Assembly: GCF_036365525.1 (NCBI RefSeq) | Contig: NC_090387.1 | Coordinates: forward strand, 71,015,535 to 71,079,534 | Direction: 5' to 3' | Length of the DNA: 64,000 nucleotides | Source: Heterodontus francisci | Lineage: Eukaryota | Part shown: positions 35,397 to 47,805 of the stretch, one piece after another | How positions within the stretch are numbered: position 1 is the first letter of the stretch | How the letters are laid out: the number at the start of each line of letters is the position of its first letter | The notes under the pieces: generated by a model | What the model saw: the letters and a program-made list of their open reading frames with translations, nothing else | What the model was told of the DNA's origin: nothing | Database searches by the model: none | Made by a program: the position numbers and the translations under genes

Positions 35397-38300
35397 CAGA
35401 AGGACAGGACTGGCAGCTCAATATTCCAGGGTATAGAATCTACAGGCAAGACAGGGGAGGGGGGTAAAAGAGGAAGTGGCATTGCACTAATGATCAAGGA
35501 GTCAATTACTGCAGTAAGGAGGGATGATATCTTAGAAGGTTCCTCAAATGAGGCCATATGGGTAGAACTTAAAAACAAAAAGAGGGCAATCACTTGGCTG
35601 GGAGTGTACTACAGGCCTCCAAACAGTCAGGGAGAGATAGAGGAGCAGATATATAGGCAAATCTCAGAGGCGTAAAAATAATAGGGTAATAATAGTAGGG
35701 GATTTCAACTTCCCCAATATCAACTGGGATAGTCTTAGTGCAAAAGGCTTAAAGGGGGCGGAATTCTTAAATGCATACAGGAGAGCTTTTTGAGCTAGTA
35801 CGTAGAAAGTCCTACAAGAGAAGGGGCAGTACTGGACTTAATCCTAGGGAATGAAGCTGGACAAGTGGTAGCAGTGTCAGTGGGGGAGCATTTCAGGGAT
35901 AGTGGCCGTAACTCTGTAAGATTTAGGGTAGTTATGGAAAAGGACAAAGATGGACCAGAAATAAAGGTACTGAATTAGGGGAAGGCCGATTTCAATATGA
36001 TAAAACAGGATCGGGCCAAAGTAGACTGGGAGCAGCTACTTGTAGGAAAGTCTATATCAGACCAGTGGGAAAGAGGAAATGTACCCGTTAAGGTGAAGGG
36101 TAGGATCAACAAGTCCAGGGAACCCTGGATGTCAAGGAATATAGAGGATTGAATTAGGGAAAAAAAGGAGGCTACGGCAGATTCAGAGTGCTGAAAACAG
36201 CGGGCCCAAAGTGGCAATCTGTGTGTGGAGCCAGAGGACATAGGTGAGGTTTTAAATGATTACTTTTCATCTGTGTTCACTATGGAGAAGGACGATGTAT
36301 GTGTAGAGATCAGGGAGGGGGATTGTGATATACTTGAACATATTAGCATTAAAAGGGAGGAAGTATTAGCTGTTTTAGCAGGCTTAAAGGTGGATAAATC
36401 CCTAGGCCCAGATGAGATGCATCCCGGGCTGTTATGTGAGGCAAGGGAGGAGACAGCAGGGGCCTCTGACACACATTTTCAAATCCTCTCTGACCACAGG
36501 AGAGGTGCCAGAGGATTGGAGGACAGCGAATGTGGTACCATTATTCAAGAAGGGTAGCAGGGATAAACTAGGTAATTACAGGCCTGTGAGTCTAACATCA
36601 GTGGTAGGGAAACTATTGGAAAAAATTCTGAGGGACAGGATTAATCTCCACTTGGAGAGGCAGGGATTAATCAGGGATAGTCAGCATAGCTTTGTCAGGG
36701 AGAGATCGTGTCTAACTAACTTGATTGAATTTTTCGAGGCGGTGACGAGATGTGTAGATGAGGGTAAAGCAGTTGATGTAGTCTACATGGACTTCGGTAA
36801 GGCTTTTGATAAGGTCCCACATGGGAGATTGGTTAAGAAGGTAAGAGCCCATGGAATCCAGGGCAATTTGCCAAATTGGATCCAAAATTGCAGGAAATAG
36901 AGGGTGATGGTTGAGGGTTGTTTTTAACGAGTGGATGCCTGTGACCAGTGGTGTACTGCAGGGATCAGTGCTGGGACCCTTGCTGTTTGTAGTGTACATT
37001 AATGATTTAGATGTGAATATAGGAGGTATGATAAGTAAGTTCGCAGATGACATGAAAATTGGCAGTGTCGTTGATAGTGAGGAGGAAAACCATAGATTAC
37101 AGGACAATATAGATGGGCTGGTAAGATGGGCGGAGCAGTGGCAAATGGAATTTAATCCTGAGAAGTGTGAGGTGATACATTTTGGGAGAACTAACAAGGC
37201 AAGGGAATATACAATGGATGGTAGGACCCTAGCAAGTACAGGGGGTCGGAGGGACCTTGGTGTACTTGTCCATAGATCACTGAAGGCAGCAGCACCGGTA
37301 GATAAGGTGGTCAGGAAAGCATGTGGGATACTTGTCTTTATTAGCCGAGGCATAGAATATAAGAGCAGGGAGGTTATGATGGAGCTGTATAAAATGCTAG
37401 TTAGGCCACAGCTGGAGTACTGTGTACAGTTCTGGGCATCACACTATAGGAAGGATGTGATTGCACTGGAGAGGGTGCAGAGGAGATTCACCAGGATGTT
37501 GCCTGGGCTGGTGCATTTCAGCTATGAAGAGAGACTGGATAGGCTCGGGTTGTTTTCCTTAGAGCAGTGAAGGCTGAGGGGGGACGTGATTGAGGTATAC
37601 AAAATTATAAGGGGCATGGGAAAGGCTTCCACTGCTATGTCCAGACTGGCCAAGAGAGTGTGGGAAAATGGTGCACTGACACAGAACACAAAAGTCCGCG
37701 TGTGTCAAGCCTGTGTCCTCAGTACCTTGATCTACGGCAGCGAGGCCTGGACAACGTATGTCAGCCAAGAGCGACGTCGCAATTCATTCCATCTTCGCTG
37801 CCTCCGGAGAATCCTTGGCATCAGGTGGCAGGACCGTATCTCCAACACAGAAGTCCTCGAGGCGGCCAACATCCCCAGCTTATACACCCTACTGAATCAG
37901 TGGCGCTTGAGATGGCTTGGCCATGTGAGTCGCATGGAAGATGGCAGGATCCCCAAGGACACATTGTACAGCGAGCTCGCCACTGGTATCAGACCCACCG
38001 GCCGTCCATGTCTCCGCTTTAAATACGTCTGCAAACGCGACATGAAGTTCTGTGACATTGATCACAAGTCGTGGGAGTCAGTCGCCAGCGATCGCCAGAG
38101 CTGGCGGGCAGCCATAAAGGCTAAAGTGTGGCGAGTCGAAGAGACTTAGCAGTTGGCAGGAAAAAAGACAGAAGCGCAAGGGGAGAGCCAACTGCGAAAC
38201 AGCCCTGACAAACAATTTTACCTGCAGCACCTGTGGAAGAGTCTGTCACTCTAGTATTGGCCTTTATAGCCACTCCAGGCACTGCTCCACAAACCACTGA

Positions 38301-38719
38301 CTACCTCCAGGTGCTTACCCATTGTCTCCCGAGACAAGGAGGCCAAAGAAGAAGAAGAAGAAGAAGAGAAGAAGAAGATTGATAGGTTAGAAAGGAAGAA
38401 ACTTTTTACCTTAGCGGAGGGGTCAATAACCAGGGGCATAGATTTAAGGTCAGGGGCAGGAGGTTTAGAGGGGACTTGAGGAAAACGTTTTTCACTCAGA
38501 GGGTGGTTGGAATCTGGAATACATTGCCTGAAGAGGTGGTAGAGGCAGAAACCCTCATAACATTTAAGAAGTATTTAGATGAGCACTTGCAATGCCATAG
38601 CATACACGGCTACGGGCCAAGTGCGAGAAAATGGGATTAGAATAGATAGGTGCTTGATGGCTGGCACAGACACGATGGGCCAAAGGGCCTGTTTCTGTGC
38701 TGTATAACTCTATGACTCT
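35397..38719 (+). mobile_element. CR1 LINE ORF2 (APE and RT), decayed, with nested RTE
   Basis: GVYYRPPN, NYRPVSLTSVVGKLLE, FADDMK; 3' tail tgtataactctatgactcta. Confidence 0.9.
37614..38378 (+). mobile_element. RTE-clade LINE 3' fragment with (GAA)n tail
   Basis: ACVLSTLIYGSEAW, RLRWLGHVSRMEDGRIPK, C-terminal C2H2-like CSTCGRVC..GLYSHSRHC. Confidence 0.9.
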
Positions 38720-38982
38720 AAGGAGTCCGGCCTAGGGCTGTGGAAAGACCCAGCCTAAACAAGAAGTCCTGCTGCTGATTCTACACTTCAACCTGGTGCA
38801 GCAGAGAACTGAAAGTGACCACCACCTCCAGTCTGAAGTCGCAACCACCAGAAATCTAAAACACCTCAACAAATTCAAGACTACAAACAACCCAGGCCTG
38901 TACCTTTAAAATGAACTGTTATACTTAGCAGACTCAACAGGTTTACCATAAATCACAAACACCTACAACACCTTGACCTCTT

Positions 38983-41900
38983 AGAATCATAGGAGTAGGC
39001 CATTCAGCTCATTGTGCCTGCCCCGCCATTCAATATGATCATGGCTGATCTTCCACTTCAATGCCTTTTTCCCACACTATCCTCATATCCGCTTATGTCA
39101 CTTGTATTTAGAAATATGTCAATCTCTGCTTTAAACATATTCAATGACTGAGCTTCCACAGGCCTCTGGGGTAGAGAATTCCAAAGATTCACAACCCTCT
39201 GAGTAAAGAAATTTCTCCTCATCTCTGTCCTAAGTGTCTTCCCCCTTATTTTGAAATTGCGCCCCCTGGTTTTAGACTCTCCAACCAGGGGAAACATCTT
39301 ACCTGCATCTACCCTGTCTATCCCTTTAAATATTTTGTAGGTTTCAATGAAATCACCTCTCATTCTTTGAAACTCTAGAGAATACAGGCCCAGTTTCCCC
39401 AATCTCTCTTCATAGGACAGTCCCACCATTCAGGGAACAAGTCCGGTGAACCTTCCTTGCACTCCCTCTATGGCAATAATATCCTTCCTAAGGTAAGGGG
39501 ACCAAAACTGCACACAGTACTCCAAATGCGGCCTAACCAAAGTTCTATACAATTGAAGCAAGACTTCACTACTCCTGTACTGAGATCCTCTTACGATAAA
39601 GGCTAACATACCATTAGCCTTCTTAATTGCCTGCTACACCTGCATGTTAGACTTCAGTGACTTATTGACAAGGACACTCAGGTCCCTTTGTATATCTACA
39701 CTTTCTAATCTCTTACCATTTAAGAAATACTCTGCACATCTGCTCCTCCTACCAAAATGGATAACCTCACATTTTCCACATTATATTCCATCTGCTACAT
39801 TCTTGCCCACTCACTAAGTCTGTCCAAATCTCCTTGAAGCCACTTTGCATCTTCCTCACAACACACTCCCACCTAGTCTTGTGTCATCCACAAACTTGGA
39901 AATATTACATTTGGTCACCACATCCAAATCATTGATATATATTGTGAATAGCTGGGGCCCAAGCACTGATCCTGCGGTACCCCGTTAGTCACAGCCTGCC
40001 AATATGAGAATGACTCATTTGTCCCTACTCTCTGCTTTCTGCCTGTTAACTGTGGAATCGGAATTCTTCCCCCCCATCAACTGGACTTTAAAACAGGACT
40101 TTGTGGAGTATGGGGAAAGAACCCCAACCCCCACGGACAATAGAACTGTGAATAAGAGCCAAACGTCTACACAAAACACACAGAGGCTGGCTGCATTCCA
40201 ATGGGTCAATTTCAAACATTCCAACATCACAACAGAACTGATACTGTTAAAAGACTGGAATTTGGAGCATTATCATAACAGTGACACAGGATAACTGCCA
40301 TCATGTTAAGTAATTGGGGAGGCCATTGTTACAATTAACTGGCCCCAGTGCACAGCATTCACTCCTATCAAGACAGGAGAGAAACCTTTTCGTGTAGATC
40401 AGCTCTGGAGCCTGGACTACCTCGCCTTGGTGGAGTTCATCGTTCTCAGTCATAGAAATAACATCAGTACTAAATGGATCTGTCTGGACCAAGCAGGTGA
40501 CAGAGGAAAGAGATTAAAAGGTGCTAAGTGCTGACCATCCAGCAGGATGGCTTCAGGAGATGTGTTTATGACATTTCGATAAGGATCATCATCAAAAGGA
40601 CAAGATCGAAGGGCTTGGCACTGCAGTCAAGGAAGGGGGGTCAGGAATGGTCAACCTGGCTCGTGGACCTACGGAAGAATCAACCACGTGGAGGATTGCA
40701 AGTTATCAGCCAAATACAAGGAGTATTTGGGGCTGAGAATTTAAAGCAATTTTAAGTGTAGCAACCAAATCCTGCGAGGGTTTGGGTTTTGAATTGAGTG
40801 AGGTTGGGGCAGAAACGTGGGGTTTTGCCTGTGTTTTTTTTCAGAAAAGGTTTATAAGTTGTGGTGACTTGTGTGTTTGTGTGGGAGCCGAGGTGAAATC
40901 GTGAAGGGATTTAAATCGGACTAACCAATCAAGGTGTTGTGTGGTGCCCTTTAAATTAGTTTAAAGGTTTTTCTATCAGGGTGTTAAGAGGGTTTTAATA
41001 AACAAGCTTGTGGTTCAGCCCAACCCTGTGTCTGTGCAATTTGTCCTTTATAAAATCCTAAAGTCAAGAACCATCAGTAAGGGGGGGGGGGGCGGGGAAA
41101 CGGGACTGGGAACCTCTTACATAACCAGTCCTTAATCCATGCCAGTATATTACCTCCTATCCCATGTGCTTTAATTTTGCTAACCAACCTCCTGTGGGGG
41201 ACTTTCTCAAAAGCCTTCTGAAAATCCAAATATATCACGTCCACTGACTCCCCTTTATCAATTTTGTTCGTAACATCCTCAAAAAACTCCAACAGGTTCA
41301 TCAAACATGATTTCCCATTCATAAATCCATGTTGACTATGCCCAATCAGATCGTTATTATCCATGTGTCCATTTATCACATCCTTTAAAATAGATTCTCG
41401 CATTTTCCCAACAACTGATGTAAGGCTGACATGTCTGTAATTCCCTGTTTTCTCTCGCCCTCCTTTCTTAAATAGTGGGATGACATTTGCGACCTTCCAA
41501 TCTGCAGGAACTCCAGCATCTATAGAATTACGGAAGATGATCACCAATGCATCCATTATCTCCATAGCTACCTCTTTCAACACTCTGGGATGTAGAATAT
41601 CAGGTCCTGGGGATTTATCAACCTTCAGCCCCATTAATTTCTCCAATACAACCTTCTTACTAATACTAATTTCCTTTAATTCCTTATTCCCCCTATTTGG
41701 ATCTCTAATTCTGAGAGATTTCTTGTATCTTCCTCAGTGAAGACAGACACAAAGTAATCATTTAGCTTCTCTGCCATTTCTCTATTCTCCATTATAAATT
41801 CTCTTGACTCTGCCTGTAATGGACGCACATTTGTCTTAGCCAAACATTTCCTTTTTACGTACCTATAGAAGCTTTTACAGTCTGTTTTTATATTTTTGCA

Positions 41901-44600
41901 GGCTTCCATTCAGATTCTATTCTCCCTTTCTTTATCAGTTTCTTTGTCCTCCTTTGTTGTATTCTAAAATCCTCCCAATCCTCAAGTTTGCTACTATTTC
42001 TGGCAACGTTATAGGCCTTTCATTTAATATTGTACAATCCTTGACTTCTTTTGTTATCCACGGTTGACTGCCTTTACTCTTGGGGGTTTTGTGCCTTGAA
42101 GGAATGTATAGTTGCTGTAAACTATGTAATATATTTTTTAAAGACTATCCATTGCCTCTGTACTGTCATACCTTTTAACGTATTTTCCCAATCCACCTCA
42201 GCCACTTTGCCCTTCATACCTTCATAATTTCCTTTGTTCAAATTTAACACCCTGGCTTCAGATTGAACTACTTCACTTTCAAACATAATGTAAAATTCTA
42301 TCATATTATGGTCACTCATCCCTAAAGGTTCTTTTACAACAAGATTATTAATTAGCCCTTTCTCATTACACAATGCTAGATCTAAAATAGTGTTCTCAAG
42401 TTGGTTTCTCAACATACTGCTCTAGAAAACCATCCATAACACACTCCAGAAACTCATCCGCCACAGCATTAGTGCTCATTAGGTTTACCCAGTCCATGTG
42501 AAGATTGAAATCACCCATGATTACTGTATTACCCATGCTACATGCTTCTCTAATCTCCTGATTAATGCCATGCCCCACACTACCACTACAGTTTGGTGGT
42601 CTATAAACAACTTCTACCAATGTTTGCTGCCCCTTGCTGTTTCTTAGCTTCATCCAAACAGATTCCACATTTTGTTCTTCCAATCTGAGATCCTCCCTTA
42701 CTAATGTACTGATCCCATCCCTTATTATCAGTGCAACACCACCTCCTTTTCCTTTTTGCTTGTCCTTCCTAAATATTGAATATCCAGTTCCCAGTCTTGG
42801 TCCCAATTAGCCACGTTTCCGTTATGGCAATTAGATCATACCCATTTACCTCTATTTGTACCTTTAAATCTACCTTGTTGTGAATGCTGTGTGCATTCAG
42901 GTAGAGTGCCCTTAACCTTGCCTTCTTGACATTCTGCATTCTAAGCTTAGTTGATGCTCGCCTTTGTTTCGCCTGCCTTCTAATGTCAATTGCTACCTTT
43001 CTACCTCCTGTTACCAGCTTTACTTCCTTCCAATTTGAGCTACCCCTCAGGTTCCCATCCCCTGACAAGTCAGTTTAAACCCTCCCCAACAGCACTAGCA
43101 AATCTGCAAGGATGAGAGCTCTGGTCCTGTTAAGGTGCAGCCCACCCATCTTGTACAGTTCCCACCTAGCCCAGAACCAGTCCCAATGCCTCAGAAATCT
43201 GATGCCCTCCCTCCTACACCAATTCTCCAGCCACATGTTCAATCGACCAATCCTCCTATTCCTATGCTCACTAGCACGTGGCACTAGGAGTAATCCTGAG
43301 ATTACTGCTTGGAAGGTCCTGCTTTTTAATTTCCTTCCTAACTCCCTAAAATCTGCTCTCAGGACCTCATCCCTCTTCCTACCTATGTCATTGGTACCAA
43401 TATAGACCACGACCTCTGGCTGTTCACCCTCCCCCAGTAGGATGTCCTGCAGCCATTCTATGACATCCTTGACCCTGACACCAGGGAGGCAGCACACCAT
43501 CCTGGAGTCACATTTACTGCTGCAGAAATGCCTGTCTGATCCCATGACTATCGAATCCCCTATCAATATTGCTCTTCCACTCTTCTTCCTCCCCTCCTGT
43601 GCAGCTGAGCCACCTGTGGTGCCACGGACTTTGCTCTGGCTGCACACCTCCGAGGAACCATCACTCTCACCAGTATCCAAAATGGAAAACCAATTAGCAA
43701 GCAAGATAGACTCAGGGGACTCCTGCACTGCCTGCCTGGTTCTTTTAGACTGCCTGGAGGTTGCCCATTCCCTCTCTGCCTGCATGCTCCTAATCTGCAG
43801 TGTGACCACCTCCCTAAACGTGCTATCCACATAGTCCTCTGACTTGCGGATGCACAACAGTGACTCCAGTCGCTGCTCAAATTCTGAAACCCGGAGCTCA
43901 ACCTTCTGAAGCCAGTGACGCTTCCTGCAGATGTGTTTGTCTAGGACACATGATATGTCTATGACTTCCCACATACCTCAGGACATACATTCCACTTGGC
44001 CAAGCTGACCTGCCATAACGTAACTTTAAAAACTTATTACAATGAGAAGTAAAAGAACTCACCAGTTACTCACCAATCAACTTCTTCCCCTTTACCGGAG
44101 ATAGAGTCAGCTACTGGAGGCTGAAAAAAGGTGAAAGAAAGAAAGACAGGCAGAAAGGAGCTCCTCCCTCACGCACCAAACTCCTACTTTACACTCTCTG
44201 CACTCGAATTTATTTTCTTCTTTATTTATAGTTCCCCTCCTTACCAAACTCCCTCAATTACCAAACTCCCTTCTTAACACTCTGTGCCCTCCAGCATCAC
44301 TCAATACAGACAAGCAGCATTGAGAGTCCTCTCAATCTATACTCTGAAAACAATGCTGTGTCAGCTGTTAGAACTCTGCTCGAGCCCAGAAACCAGTTTA
44401 AGCTAGCTACCTAATTAACTAGCTCCAGCTACTCTCAGAGTGTTAGCATACCCCTGTTTAAAACTGCAAGAAAGCTAACTTGCCTCTTAACTGAAACAGG
44501 AATTTCAATTAATTGTTAGATGTAAACAAAACAAGAACTAGTCTTGAGAGATTAACCTTAAAATTCACTCATTTACTAAACTCCCTTCTTCACACTCAGA
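38983..44600 (-). mobile_element. Near full-length CR1 LINE: 5'UTR, ORF1 (SGNH/GDSL esterase, 43075-43974) and decayed ORF2
   Basis: ORF1 ILIGDSIV / YIGTNDI. ORF2 LYLNAHSI, IMGDFN, YLDFQKAF. Interrupted by the LTR at 40051-41121. Confidence 0.9.
40051..41121 (+). mobile_element. Solo LTR nested in CR1
   Basis: TG...TTACA termini, 4-bp TSD TAAC (40047-40050, 41122-41125), AATAAA ~40997. Confidence 0.85.
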
Positions 44601-44813
44601 GCGCTTACCCTTTACCTTCTATCTATCTCCTCTTGAGAGTGTATGTGAGAGTGAATGCATGTGTGAGTGGTATTGCAAACATTCAAGGGAATGAATATTG
44701 TTCAATTAAATATTTAACCTTCTGTTTTAAACCTACAAGAAAACCTGTCACTGTCTGTTTATTTGGTAAGTAAAAAACTGACGATTGCGGTCAGTTGGGA
44801 GGTAAATAGTGGG

Positions 44814-45454
44814 AACAGGAGTAAAAACATATTGCTTCAATTGTATAAAACCTTGGTGAGACCGCACCCGGGAGTATTGTGTACAGTTTTGATGAGACTG
44901 CAACTGGAGTACTGTGCACAGTTTTGGTCTCCTTATCTAAGAAAGGATATATTTGCCATAGAGGGAGTGCAACGGAGGTTCACCAGACTAATCCCTGGGA
45001 TGGCGGGATTGTCTTATGAGGAGAGATTGCAAAACTGGGCTGTATTCTCTGGGGTTGCGAGGAATGAGAGGTGATTGAAACGTACACAATTTTTACAGGG
45101 CGTGACAGGGTAGATGTGGATAGGATGTTTCCTCTGGCTGATGAGTCTCGAACAAGGGGACACAGTCTCAGAATAAGGCGCAGGCCATTTAAGACTGAAA
45201 TGAGGAGGAATTTCTTTACTCAGAGGGTGGTGAATCTGTGGAATTCTCTATCCCAGAGGGCTGTGGAAGCTCAATCAGTAAGCATGTTCAAGACTGAATT
45301 TGATATATTTCTGAACACTAATGACATCAAGAGAGATGGGGATAGTGGGGAAAAATGACATAGAGGTAGATGATCAGCCATGATCTGTTTCAATGGCGGA
45401 GCAGGCTCGATGGGTCGAATGGCCTACACCTGCTCCTATTTCCTATGATCCTAT
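44814..45454 (+). mobile_element. CR1 3' fragment with a ~35-bp internal tandem duplication, inserted in the Gypsy 3' LTR
   Basis: LEYCAQFWSP, FFTQRVVNLWNSL, tail cctatttcctatgatcctat. Confidence 0.88.
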
Positions 45455-46284
45455 CCCTTACCACCTGTCCATAACACATCACATTTATTGCAGAACACTA
45501 AAACAGTTAGCAACTATTGCAATTTGGAGCCTATTGTAACACTGAATGAATCTATGTCATCTTTTAATTTAAGTAAAATTCATCAAAACTCCATCACGAC
45601 TCCTTATTTTATCTCTAAGCCATGCAAACCTCATAAGTACAGTGACAGAAATTGTTAAATAAAACCAGTTAACATATTCACACCAGGAAACATCCACCTT
45701 ATCTCAAAAATACTCAGCTGCATTGAAGAGAATAAAACATCACAAAGGACAACAGTTACCCATGTCCCAGAAAGTATTGAGTGAAATAAAATGTTCCAAA
45801 AAGTTCATTTTAATTTCGTCATTTTTCTTTTTGCTCAAAAAATTCAAGTTGCACAGAGTTGAAATTATGTTGTTTTAGCCAAATTGCTTAATGTCTTTTT
45901 GCATGATTTTAATGAGTTAATAGATTATTTGAATTAAGCAAATTTGAATTAAAATAATACTGCATATAACTTCTTGGCGGGAGGACAAGCATTAAACATT
46001 CCCCATAACTGTGACTCTTAGAAACCATCGGCTCAATTTATAACTTTCTGCCCCCAGTTTGTGCAGAAGAATTTGAGAAAGTGACACATTTCAATTTTGC
46101 ATTCCAGTCAACCTGATTTTGATAGGCCTGTGTTCCTCCTTCCACATTATAGATATATTGTCAGAATCAAGAAGTACCAGAAAAGAAGCTACTACACACA
46201 GTTCCTTTTTATTGCAGGGGTTTGTTATTTGCTCATACCAGGAAAACAACAGCACAATTGAAGCTGACAGGGCAGTTTGGGAAA

Positions 46285-46930
46285 TTGATTCATAAGGCAT
46301 ATGGGATCCTGGGATCCTACATTGAGTACAAAAGCAAGGAAGTTATGGTGAGCCTTTATAAAACACTGTTTGGCTTCAACTGGAGTATTATGTCCAATTC
46401 TAGGCAGCACACTTTAGAAAGGATGTTAAGGCATTTGAGAGGGTGCAGAAAAGAATTATGAGAATGGTTCCTGGGATGAGGGACTTCAATTACGTGCATA
46501 GATTGGAGAAGCTGGGGCTGTTCTCCTTAAGAGGAAAGAAGTTTGTTGGGAGGAGACTTGATATGAGTGCTCAAAATCATGAGGGGTCTGGACAGAGTAG
46601 ATAGAGAGAAACTGTTCCCATTGGCAGAAGAGTTGAGAACCAGAGGACATTAATTTAAGATGAATGGCAAAAGAACCAAAGGCGTAATGAGGAAATACTT
46701 TTTACACAGCAAGTGGTTAGGATCTGGAATGCACTGCCTGAAAGTTTGGTGGAGGCAGATTCAACCGTGGTTTTCAAAAGAGAATTGGATAATCATCTGA
46801 AGAGAAAAAATGTTGCAGGGTTACAGGGAAAAGGCAGATGAGTGGGACTAGCTTAATTGCTCTTGCAGAAAGCTGGCACAGACTCGACTGGCTGAATGGC
46901 CTCCTTCTGTGCTGTAACCACTCTATGTCA
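46285..46930 (+). mobile_element. CR1 3' fragment
   Basis: KAYGILG..IEYKSKEVM; tail gcctccttctgtgctgtaaccactctatg. Confidence 0.85.
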
Positions 46931-47805
46931 TTACTCCTCTTCATCACATGAAACCTTTTTGCCTTTGCTTGCAGTAGCTGCTCTAGTACATATAGTCTGC
47001 ACACAGAAGTGATGTTACTGCTCAAATTTGTGCATAGCGCCATCAGGTGGATAATATAATACAGTAGCGTGGCTCTGGAAACTTCTGCCTCAATCATTTT
47101 TTCTTTCTGCTCCTTCCAACCCATCTAATTAATGATTCCCACACCGAGCGCCAATGTTTTACCCAGAAATATGAAGCAAGTGCATCAGCCTTGTACAGTT
47201 ATTTACTCACAAGTCTTCATCAATCAATCATTTCAACTATGAATGAATGTGTTAAATCTCGCTCATTGGAAGTGCAGAAAAATATACTTTAACATACATC
47301 ATATTTCAAAATTACACATTGCTGCATGTTCAAATAGGTCTGCAATCAGTCACACTCTCCTAAGTCCTAAATCTGTAAATTGCCTCCTCGAAAACTCAGT
47401 GAGTAAAATATGGAGCGCAGGAGTCCTATGGAGCAGGAGGTACTAGCTTGGAGCATGGAAGACCATTCCAGAGTCAAATCCGCACACATACAATGGTGAA
47501 ACGTCATGTTTGTTATGGGTAAGTACAGGCAAAGTCAAACAGCTGTGATTAATATCTAGAGTGCAGCCCAGTATCCTGGCAAAATACCTTGCACTATGAA
47601 CTACTTTGACGATAGGTTGAATGACATGATATCTAACCAGCTCAATCAATTTGTTCTGAATGTCCTTGCTCAGATAATGGTCTCTGGATGCAAAGGGCTC
47701 AGCTTATTGTTCAATATATACCAATTTGCTTTGTGATTCCTGAACAGACTGTCACTAGTTTTTTTTTTAAAGTAGCAATAAGTGTATACTTGTGGAGATT
47801 TCAAG

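Larger units (their letters stand above)
28900..45476 (+). mobile_element. Gmr1-like Ty3/Gypsy LTR retrotransposon (gag-PR-IN-RT-RH), decayed and heavily nested; 3' LTR in pieces (38720-38982, ~44601-44813, 45455-45476)
   Basis: CCHC knuckle CYHCHKVGHICVEC (28940-28981), LRDTEATQ protease relic (~29225), integrase HEIPIGGH..CQIVGKP / SAYHPQTQ / FSPFELVYG, RT RFCIDYRKVN and YLDD (~32590), RNase H DASDLGV, LTR end CATAACA. Confidence 0.88.

Noticed and set aside
43075-43974. 299-aa esterase as a host gene
   Set aside because: It is CR1 ORF1, directly upstream of CR1 ORF2.
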